This document shows positions 1-7,273 of a DNA stretch of 27,785 nucleotides, one piece after another. A program made the translations under genes and the position numbers. Below the pieces are notes generated by a model. It had not been told where the DNA came from. It did no database searches and saw only the letters and a list, made by a program, of their open reading frames with translations. The DNA is from a virus. Lineage: Duplodnaviria; Caudoviricetes. The stretch lies in the IMG/VR virus record IMGVR_UViG_3300034072_000915, positions 1 to 27,785 of that record; one strand, written 5' to 3'. The first letter of the stretch is position 1, and the number at the start of each line of letters is the position of its first letter.

Positions 1-17
1 TGTATATTATGTTAAAT
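1..17 (+). other. dif: dif site (partial): 6-bp spacer TGTATA plus XerD-binding arm TTATGTTAAAT; the XerC arm lies left of the window
   Basis: Bases 1-17, tgtatattatgttaaat, are identical to the last 17 nt of E. coli dif (GGTGCGCATAA-TGTATA-TTATGTTAAAT). Confidence 0.85.
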
Positions 18-202
18 CAAAGGGATCGTTTTTAACGCCGTATCACACCACTATAGCCTGACATATTTTTATCTGTTCCCCAAACAGAAATTCTATTAAT
101 TTGGCAATTCCGCCTTAATTTCGCGTTTTAACACTGATTTTATTCAGTTTTCTCTTGAGGCTGAAAATTCGTTTTTAATAACCAAATGGAATTTATAGAA
201 AT

Positions 203-586
203 ATGGCAATGCAAATAAAATCTAAAGACGATACCCATTTATTGTTCAACGCCGGCTTTATGAAGACCGTGATCACCAAAAAATCGGTGCGCTCTGAACC
301 TGATCTGGTCAAAATCGCTGAGTTCTTTTTCGTCACCAGGCACACAGTACGCCGTTGGCTTCGCAATGGCCTGCCGCCAAAAGTGGCGCACCAGCTCAAA
401 ATGCTAAGCTCCGGCCATCTGCTGCCGCCACCTTGGCGACGCGCTCAATTGGCCATTTGTGCCGAAGGCGTGATTTTGCAAAATGGCCGCATCCTTGACC
501 TGGCCTGCATTCAGTTCTGGCCGTTTATCGTGCCGCACGTCGACTGGGGCCGCGTGCCTGAACTGGTCAGAATGCGGATGAATTAG
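203..586 (+). CDS. Small phage regulatory protein with an HTH-like segment (DUF3653-like)
   Basis: 127 aa. LVKIAEFFFVTRHTVRRWLRNGLPP is HTH-like, followed by LPPPW...GVILQNGR, which resembles DUF3653-type phage proteins. The start could be the ATG at 260. Confidence 0.55.
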   Translation: MAMQIKSKDDTHLLFNAGFMKTVITKKSVRSEPDLVKIAEFFFVTRHTVRRWLRNGLPPKVAHQLKMLSSGHLLPPPWRRAQLAICAEGVILQNGRILDLACIQFWPFIVPHVDWGRVPELVRMRMN

Positions 587-759
587 CCACACTGCACGCC
601 TTGGCCCCTTATTTTTATTTCATTTTTAAAGTGGGCTAACTTGTTGTATTTATTCAGGTATTTAAAAACACATTTTGCCGGCACTGTTTTCAAAACCTCA
701 CGGAATCCACAGAAAACACAATGGAATGAATCACTTAGCTTTGCCGGCATCACTCAAAC

Positions 760-970
760 GCACCCCATAAAACTGAAAAACACTGAAAAAAACTGCGATC
801 TTTTCAGATCGTCAGATCCTTGCAGACCTTTAGAAATGGCGCGGCCTGCGCCTATGATCTGCAACGAAAAAAAACTGAAAAAAAATTAACATTTAAAGCC
901 CGCAGGAGGGTGTGGAAGAGTCCGGTTTTCGTGGCCGAGTTTTTACGTGGCTGTTTTTTCCGTGTATGGG
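760..970. other. Putative cos/packaging region (non-coding)
   Basis: No convincing ORF. Contains repeated ACTGAAAAA (772, 782, 874), four GATC (797, 807, 815, 856), a G-rich core gcccgcaggagggtgtggaagag (898-920) and three TTTT(N)CGTG repeats. The position between the last tail genes and the att end matches HP1-type genome layout. Confidence 0.45.
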
Positions 971-1129
971 TGCGCCTGTGGCGCTCTGCTGGCTTATTTC
1001 TTTGAATTGGTGTGCGTGGTGGTGTTTTATGTGCGCAGCGTGGCGGCTTTTGTGGTGCGTTTGGTGCTGTGTGTGATTGCTATAAAATACAGCCACCGGT
1101 TTGGTGGCCGCACTGTTCTGATTAATTAC

Positions 1130-2002
1130 TCAGCTGGCGTCTATCACGGCATGCAGGTCTATTTCGTGGATTATCGTAATCGGATGGCCGTTCTTTTTCA
1201 GCTTAATGGCTTCGTCAATTTTACTGCCGTAACTGCCGAACTTCCATTGCGGTTGGCCTTTGCTGCCGATCACCAGGTATTTTAACTTTGTGGTGATGGC
1301 ATCAGTGACTGTGCCACCCAGCGCGGTGATCACCTTCTTAAATTCTGCCCGACTGTATCGCGTCGATGCGCCGGTAAAACAAAACACGCCGGTTACATCG
1401 ATGTGCGGGTTTTTCTCGCAAAGGTTGTTGTCGTTCACTGTTGGGTTGGTGATTGTTTTATCGTCCAGCATTGACACGAATTCACCGAAAAGGCTCAGCA
1501 GTTCTTTTTGTTCCTGCTGGTCGATATGGTTGTCTTTTAGCACCCGGCCAATTTTGTTGCAGACTTCATCATATGGGTATGAGTTTTCCAGGTGGCTGTG
1601 TTCAGCAAGCCATGCCGATAGGCCTTCCAGCTCCTTCCCTGTCACAACACCGTCTGCAGCGATGCCGGCCAGTAACGTATGCAGCCGCTGAATATCCGCG
1701 GTGATGTTGCTGAAGTATTCGTGGGCTGCCAGTGAGTTGCATGTGAATTTGATTAAACTCAGCTCGTGCGGTGTCAGAACGCCATCGGAAATAACTTCTG
1801 CCACCAGCGGTATCAATTTGTCATAGGGTGGCTTTTGTTCGTTAATGCGGTGGTCTTTAATCCAGTTCTCTAAAAACTGCACTTCGTCATCGTTGATTGA
1901 ACCATCGATGGTGATGCCTTCAATAATGCCTAACAGTGAGTTCAGCGACTTTTCAAAATCAGCTTTGTTTTCATAGCGGGAATTGTCTTGCTGCGGGCTC
2001 AT
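1130..2002 (-). CDS. BRCT-domain cargo protein with two N-terminal TerB-like helical repeats
   Basis: The C-terminal FCFTGAS...GGTVTDAITTKLKYLVIG...W...YGSKIDEA...IIHE is a BRCT signature. The N-terminal GITIDGSINDDE and GIAADGVVTGKE repeats are TerB-like. The ATG at 2002 has AAGGA 7 nt upstream; the ORF track starts at 2044. Confidence 0.8.
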   Translation of the reverse strand: MSPQQDNSRYENKADFEKSLNSLLGIIEGITIDGSINDDEVQFLENWIKDHRINEQKPPYDKLIPLVAEVISDGVLTPHELSLIKFTCNSLAAHEYFSNITADIQRLHTLLAGIAADGVVTGKELEGLSAWLAEHSHLENSYPYDEVCNKIGRVLKDNHIDQQEQKELLSLFGEFVSMLDDKTITNPTVNDNNLCEKNPHIDVTGVFCFTGASTRYSRAEFKKVITALGGTVTDAITTKLKYLVIGSKGQPQWKFGSYGSKIDEAIKLKKNGHPITIIHEIDLHAVIDAS

Positions 2003-2149
2003 TTGATTGTCCTTATCTGTAGTTATTTTGTATCCCGTCATCAATAGCGGAACATAACTACACTGCAGCAGAGTTTTATGATGGTCAATTGTGTTTATTT
2101 ACAGTATCCACTGTATTTGCTGTCGTCTTTTCGCCTGGTGGTGTAGATG

Positions 2150-2175
2150 AAAATGGCTGTACTCGATACAGCCAT
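2150..2175 (-). terminator. Rho-independent terminator of the late tail operon
   Basis: The minus strand reads ATGGCTGTA-TCGAG-TACAGCCAT-TTT just after the stop at 2184. Confidence 0.6.
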
Positions 2176-2183
2176 GATGAAAT

Positions 2184-3980
2184 TTAAAGCCGTGGTTTGG
2201 TGGCGCCGAACGTGATTTGGCCGTTCAGTGGAAAGAACGTCAGGCCGGCTGAGTCTTTGGCCACGCATTGGTGGTTGTAACTCTGTGATAAATCCGCGGT
2301 GTCATCTTCCGTCAGCTGGATTTCAATCAGGCCGGCGCTGAACTCAATGCCCTCACCCATTGATTTTGTCACCAGTACCTGGCCGGTGCGGCCGTACAGT
2401 TCATACTTGGCTTCGCTGATCCCGGTTACCGGCTCGCCGTCGATAGTGTGTTCAATCTGAAGCAGCGCACTGGCGCCCTGCTTAAAGTTTAATTCCTGCA
2501 TATAACCCCCGCCGCGTTGTGTTTTCAGCTCGATTTTGTGCCGCGATGCTGTGTGGTAAATCTTTTTGGTGATTGACCGTGATTCGATGCGCCGGATATA
2601 CACGGCCTTTTGCAAAATGGTATTGACCCGGCTGGTGCCTGCCGTGGCGGTACATTCTGCAGTTGCGCGCCCTGCGCTTTGGCGGTTCTGGCTGTTGATG
2701 GCCGTTGCCGTTGTGACAGCTGTAGCCGCCTGGGTGCTGCTTCCCGATGTGCTGCGGTGCTGGATATTGCCAAGGTCAACGGTATTAACCCAGCTGGTAC
2801 TGGCAATAAAGCCCGCGACTGATAGAACCTGGCCGGCGCTTTGCCGGTGCTGTTTGTTGCTAGGCGCAGTCTCTGCGTTGCCGGTGGCTGCCTGTGCACT
2901 GGTGCCGCTGGTCTGCCTGTGCTGGCTGTTCAGTGCTGTGGTGGTAGTTGTTGCCGTGGCCGATTGCGTAGCGCTGCCCGATGTTGACCGGTGCTGCACC
3001 TCGCCAAGGTCAACGGTATTCACCCAGCTGGTATCTGCGATAAAACCCGCGACAGACAGCAGCTGGCCGGCGCTTTGCCGGTGCTGGTTGTTGAGCGGTG
3101 CTGTGTCAGCCTGTGCAGAAAATACCAGGCCGGCGCTGCCTGCGCTGGTTGTATGCTGGCTGTTGGTCGCCGTGCTTTCTGCGGTGGCGGCGGCGCTTTG
3201 TACTGCAGTGCCGGTTGTAATTTTGTGCTGGCCATTGAGCGGTGATGTGTCAGCGGTGGCTGTTGCTGATTGCTCAGCGCTGCCCGCGGTAGCCTTCAGT
3301 TGGCTGTTGTTTGCCGTGGTGTCTGCGGTGCCGGTTACTTGTTGGGTGGCTGTGCCGCTTGTGATTTGGTGCTGTGCGTTTAATGCAGCTGTGCTGGCTG
3401 CTGCGTTAAAAGCCTGGGTGGCAGTGCCGCTGGTGCTTTGGTGCTGGGTGTCGCCGCCACCATCGTAGAAAACCCACTGTGAATCAGTGCCGTTTTGCAC
3501 TGATACAGTCAGAGTGCCGAGCGGGTCTGCCACTGTATTTCCTGTCGGTGGAAATTGCAGCGCATGTGTTCCTGCGTTATCGACAATAGTCAAATCTGTT
3601 ATTGTTAGGTTTTGAAAAACCTCGCTATTGAAGTTGAGACGATTAAATAAAACGAATCCACCACCTACGCTTGCCGAGTTAACCTGAAAGCTAATAACGT
3701 CACCGGCTACCGCATTTTTTGCATAAGTTTCAAAGGACTTTGATACACCGTTTATTTTAAAATTGCTGGCATTTGCAGGACTAAACCAAGATCCTCCGTT
3801 TCCGTACAAATACGAATTACCTGAAATATACCTGCCATCGAACAGAAACCAGTACGCCGAGTTCGGCAAGGACGGCATATTGGTCAGTAGTTTAAAGCTA
3901 ATAGTGACATTTCCTGATAGGCCAGACACCACTATTGCTCTGTTTCCAGCTGAATTTCCGGTTGCGTATCCGTGAGCCAT
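2184..3980 (-). CDS. Repeat-rich fibre/appendage protein: beta-rich N-terminal domain, 11 Ala/Thr/Ser/Gln repeats, C-terminal BppU-like domain
   Basis: The ATG at 3980 overlaps the upstream stop (TAATG). A GGGDT linker is followed by QH..xxG repeats and a C-terminal ~105-aa Ig/BppU-like segment (QGASALLQIE...LTEDDTADL). Confidence 0.65.
   Translation of the reverse strand: MAHGYATGNSAGNRAIVVSGLSGNVTISFKLLTNMPSLPNSAYWFLFDGRYISGNSYLYGNGGSWFSPANASNFKINGVSKSFETYAKNAVAGDVISFQVNSASVGGGFVLFNRLNFNSEVFQNLTITDLTIVDNAGTHALQFPPTGNTVADPLGTLTVSVQNGTDSQWVFYDGGGDTQHQSTSGTATQAFNAAASTAALNAQHQITSGTATQQVTGTADTTANNSQLKATAGSAEQSATATADTSPLNGQHKITTGTAVQSAAATAESTATNSQHTTSAGSAGLVFSAQADTAPLNNQHRQSAGQLLSVAGFIADTSWVNTVDLGEVQHRSTSGSATQSATATTTTTALNSQHRQTSGTSAQAATGNAETAPSNKQHRQSAGQVLSVAGFIASTSWVNTVDLGNIQHRSTSGSSTQAATAVTTATAINSQNRQSAGRATAECTATAGTSRVNTILQKAVYIRRIESRSITKKIYHTASRHKIELKTQRGGGYMQELNFKQGASALLQIEHTIDGEPVTGISEAKYELYGRTGQVLVTKSMGEGIEFSAGLIEIQLTEDDTADLSQSYNHQCVAKDSAGLTFFPLNGQITFGATKPRL
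2619..3446 (-). repeat. Intragenic tandem repeats: nine 24-aa and two 30-aa units, including a 234-nt duplication
   Basis: Units start QHQ/QHR/QLK etc. gccaaggtcaacggtatt occurs at 2769 and 3003 (offset 234). Confidence 0.9.
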
Positions 3981-4678
3981 TACACAGCACTCATCGTGGC
4001 ATGAAGCAGATATTCGCATTTCCATCGCAGCTTACGTGGCACGCCATAATAAGGCAGTTGCGCCCGATACTGCACCGGCGCAAGCAACCCATGTATAGCC
4101 TGCGCGTGATACCACTCTCCATCTGCGCCTTGCCACTGCACTACAATGTGCGTTGATTCCGGTGCTGCTGTGTTGAGCTGCACTTGCAACCATTGCGCAG
4201 TGGTTTCCTCGATTTCATGCCACTGACCATCAAGCTGCACTGCGCGAGCAGCAACGACATCAGGCAGTGATACGTCTGCGAATGGGCGCTGTTTCCGGTT
4301 TGCCAGTGCATGAACCGCATCGCGGAACGCGGTCATTTTTGCAGACAGCTCCGGAATGTTCTTTATCATCATATCCAGCATCAGCAAATTGCCATCGCCA
4401 GCGGTCGTGCCTTCGATGAAGTTAAACGGATGGTTGCCTATAATGCTCTTATTCACCGATGCCATTTTGTGACGGAACGGATGGTCTTGCGTTGCTGCGA
4501 TGTCATCAATGAATCCAGTTAAATCTAACTCAGCGAACTTCTGATTTACCGTGGTCGCTGGCAGCATGACGCCTTCAGGTGTGGTGGCATTTTTTAGCGC
4601 ATCTAAAGCCTGTTCATCAGTCAGCGCCGCATACTCTGGTTTTGATAATTCTGCAATCAGCGTTTTCATAGTGCGCAC
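3980..4678 (-). CDS. Hypothetical phage protein (appendage module)
   Basis: 232-aa ORF translationally coupled to both neighbours. The N-terminus ELSKPEYAALTDEQALDALKN is typical of phage fibre-associated proteins. Confidence 0.7.
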   Translation of the reverse strand: MRTMKTLIAELSKPEYAALTDEQALDALKNATTPEGVMLPATTVNQKFAELDLTGFIDDIAATQDHPFRHKMASVNKSIIGNHPFNFIEGTTAGDGNLLMLDMMIKNIPELSAKMTAFRDAVHALANRKQRPFADVSLPDVVAARAVQLDGQWHEIEETTAQWLQVQLNTAAPESTHIVVQWQGADGEWYHAQAIHGLLAPVQYRAQLPYYGVPRKLRWKCEYLLHATMSAV

Positions 4679-4679
4679 C

Positions 4680-5054
4680 TTATGGGTTGTCGCGGATCAG
4701 TATTGTTGTGGCTGCATGTACAGTAAAACTGCGCTCGGTGGCGTTGCCGGTGAAATTAAATGGTGCATCCGGCACGATGTAGCCCAGATAGGTGGCGTTT
4801 TCCCACAGCCCGATAAACTGGGCGTTTTGGTTGTTTGTCAGGTGCAACGAAAAAACTACATCGGCATTGAGTGCCGATTCTGCTGCAGTGCCGTTTGCTT
4901 CTGGTGCGTTAAATACGCAGTTTTGCCGGGCGTATGGTGCATCGGTCAGTTCAGAACCTGCGGCCGGATTGGCGCCAGTACCTGGGTTGGTGGCATGCAG
5001 CGACATTTTGTTGGCTGCGTTGATTGCTTTGCTGTTGCCTTGGAAATTAAACAT
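4680..5054 (-). CDS. Small minor tail/fibre subunit (SLH..PG...E....YARQ family)
   Basis: 124 aa with the motifs MSLHATNPG, GSELTDAPYARQ and FIGLWE...YLG. An RBS, GAGG, lies upstream. Confidence 0.65.
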   Translation of the reverse strand: MFNFQGNSKAINAANKMSLHATNPGTGANPAAGSELTDAPYARQNCVFNAPEANGTAAESALNADVVFSLHLTNNQNAQFIGLWENATYLGYIVPDAPFNFTGNATERSFTVHAATTILIRDNP

Positions 5055-5081
5055 GGTGTACCTCGTTTTGTTTTCTGACGT

Positions 5082-6707
5082 TTAGGTGGCGACTAACGGC
5101 TGCAGCGTGTCGTGCAGATTGGTTGCCTGAGTTTTGCGGCCAGTCATGTCTGTGGCGATGTCCGGCGCTTGTGACAGAGTTGAACCGACTAAATGTTTGT
5201 GTTTGGCGCAGTGGTCAGCCAGCTGCGACACGCACTGCATCAGCTGATCTAGCAGGTTGTAGATGTTTACGGTATCGGTACCGGCCCAGTGCGTGGCGGC
5301 TTCAAAGCGCTGCAGTTCTGCGGCGACTGAGTGGCGTATTTTGCCGATGGTTTCTGTCAGATCACCGGCTGTTGCCGTGCGCATGTTTCCGAGCGCGCCC
5401 AGTGTCAAATCGTCACCGGCCAGCACATCGACTGCGCCCAGCGCTTCAATGGCCTTTTTGCCCGCCACCTCTTCGATGGAATGCTGTTTCACTTTGGTAT
5501 GCATCGTGCCGGCGTGTATGTCGTACCTGTCGGCATTTGTAACCTTGTGATAGGCGCTGTGCTTTTGCTGCTGATCTGTGCTGATGGTTTGGTTTCCAGC
5601 AGTGTCGGTGCGCTGAAACACTTCGGCGCGCTGCTGCTGCAGCTGTTCGCCGGGTTCAATGGCCGGCATTGAAAAGCCAGTCCCCAGCACGGTGCGGATA
5701 AACGGCTTGTCGGCACGGCCATAGGCAAAGCCAATTTCTACCAATGCGCCTTCTAAAGGGTACTGCAGCAAGCCTTGCTCTGTGCCTGCAAACATCACCG
5801 GCAGCGCAATCGCCTGATACACCGGTACTGCGGTGTCTGGCTGGCCGTTTTCGTCCAGCAGCTGCACATCCACGGCATAGCGTGGGCGGTATGGGTTGTT
5901 GATGTCCCCTGCTGCAGCAAAGTCAGATATGGCGACCACAGTTGCAAAGCGTGGTAAGTGATACCCGCCTGCCAGCTCCGGAAATGCGGCTTTTACCTGG
6001 CGTTCCAGCTGGTTGTTGTCGGCGGCATGCGTTGCCCAGGTGATGGTCATGGTGTCGCCGGAAAGCTCTACTTGGTTTATCCGGTTGTTATTAACCAACG
6101 CGCCCGGGCGCATAACCGGCATGGCCAGTAACTTCCAGTTGTTGTTGCTTTGCTGCTGGCTCAGTTCCTTTTGAATTTCTACTGGCCTTGTGGCCCAGAA
6201 ACATTGCTGGTAACCGCCCACATAAATCTGACCGTCTTGCTGCTGGTACCAAACGCCATCCGGTACCGCAAAGGCCCGAAACAGGTTATTCAGCAGCTGG
6301 TAGCCGGTGCCCTGTGAAGTGAAATTAGCAATAGGCGTGTCGGTGTAGCCTTGCCCAGCTGGAATGATAAAGCTCAGGCCGGTATCTTCTGCCAGTTTTG
6401 TGATGACCTGGCGCATGGTGGCGTGGCGGATCGATACCGGGTACCGCTCAGCCAGAATGCCTGATAATTCCCGCACCATGATTTTGTTGGTGCCGTTACC
6501 CGCCGGCGTTACCTTGCTGACATAGCCGGTGAAGTAGCGCACCAGCTGATTGTTGTAGCCGATATCAAGGCTCACCAGCTGCCCTTTGCTGACGTCGCCT
6601 TTAACCGTCATGATGCCGCGCCCGCCGGCTGATAGTTCCAGCACAATATGGTGCGTCACTAATTCAGGTTGGTTGCTGCCAATGGTCAGCCGCTTGGTCA
6701 GCTTCAT
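5082..6707 (-). CDS. Baseplate hub/spike fusion (HP1 last-tail-gene type)
   Basis: 541 aa. A hub-like N-half is followed by the OB-like PYRPRYAVDVQLLDENG...GALVEIGFAYGRADKPFIR, beta-repeat spike segments and an HKH tip motif near the C-terminus. Confidence 0.8.
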   Translation of the reverse strand: MKLTKRLTIGSNQPELVTHHIVLELSAGGRGIMTVKGDVSKGQLVSLDIGYNNQLVRYFTGYVSKVTPAGNGTNKIMVRELSGILAERYPVSIRHATMRQVITKLAEDTGLSFIIPAGQGYTDTPIANFTSQGTGYQLLNNLFRAFAVPDGVWYQQQDGQIYVGGYQQCFWATRPVEIQKELSQQQSNNNWKLLAMPVMRPGALVNNNRINQVELSGDTMTITWATHAADNNQLERQVKAAFPELAGGYHLPRFATVVAISDFAAAGDINNPYRPRYAVDVQLLDENGQPDTAVPVYQAIALPVMFAGTEQGLLQYPLEGALVEIGFAYGRADKPFIRTVLGTGFSMPAIEPGEQLQQQRAEVFQRTDTAGNQTISTDQQQKHSAYHKVTNADRYDIHAGTMHTKVKQHSIEEVAGKKAIEALGAVDVLAGDDLTLGALGNMRTATAGDLTETIGKIRHSVAAELQRFEAATHWAGTDTVNIYNLLDQLMQCVSQLADHCAKHKHLVGSTLSQAPDIATDMTGRKTQATNLHDTLQPLVAT

Positions 6708-7273
6708 GCCGTAGCCTGCTCAGTCGGTGCGCCAATGGCGTTATCGATGTTTTTCAGAAACTTCTCAATCGATGACATTTCCACCTGTGGCGGTGCTTCG
6801 CCGCCAATGGCTGCTGTCGGAATGACACTGGCTGTCTGATCGCTGGTTTGCGCGGTACTGGCTGCCGCTTTGGGTTGGCGCTGCTCGGTCACTTCCGGCA
6901 CGCTCAAATGCTCGCGTAGCGAAAAGCTCACTTGCCATGCCATTAGGGTTTGATGTTCTGGCGCCGATACTGTGCCGTGAAACTTCACTTGCCGGATTTT
7001 GACGGTGCGCCCGATGGTCGCGCCAAGCCGGCGCACCACTCTGTTGCCGCTTGCGTCTTTGGCGCTCGCCAGTTCAAACAGCCGGGCTAACTGGGCGGCA
7101 TTTGTAAATGGAATTAACCCGCTAATGCGCAGCTCTTTTGCCTTGTCGCCCTGTTCGCTGCTTCCGGTCGCTGATGTCTGTCCGGACATATCCTGATCCG
7201 CAAGCTGCATGGACAGCTCCATTTTGCAGCTCTTTAAATTAATCAGCTCACCGTCTAAGGCTATTTGGCTCAT
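6704..7273 (-). CDS. Baseplate complex / tube-initiator-like protein
   Basis: 189 aa with DMSGQTSAT...QGDKAKELRISG and WQVSFSLRE. Conserved position before the hub gene in HP1/K139-like phages; 4-nt overlaps. Confidence 0.7.
   Translation of the reverse strand: MSQIALDGELINLKSCKMELSMQLADQDMSGQTSATGSSEQGDKAKELRISGLIPFTNAAQLARLFELASAKDASGNRVVRRLGATIGRTVKIRQVKFHGTVSAPEHQTLMAWQVSFSLREHLSVPEVTEQRQPKAAASTAQTSDQTASVIPTAAIGGEAPPQVEMSSIEKFLKNIDNAIGAPTEQATA

Noticed and set aside
641-1285. Short ORFs 641-889, 820-1005, 893-1096 and 947-1285
   Set aside because: They are low-complexity translations over A/T tracts in a probable cis-acting region, or antisense to the BRCT gene.
1130-2044. NAD-dependent DNA ligase
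   Set aside because: Only a BRCT domain is present; there is no adenylation (KxDG) or OB domain.
2157-2171. CTGT...ACAG as a LexA box
   Set aside because: The spacer is 7 nt, not 8. It is better explained as the terminator stem.
2700-3100. 234-nt duplication as a possible DGR template/variable repeat pair
   Set aside because: Both copies are in-frame in one gene, the differences are not adenine-specific (e.g. CTG versus GTT), and there is no reverse transcriptase in the window.
2566-3468. 300-aa hydrophobic plus-strand ORF
   Set aside because: It is the antisense shadow of the Ala/Thr/Gln repeat gene, with no independent RBS or gene context.
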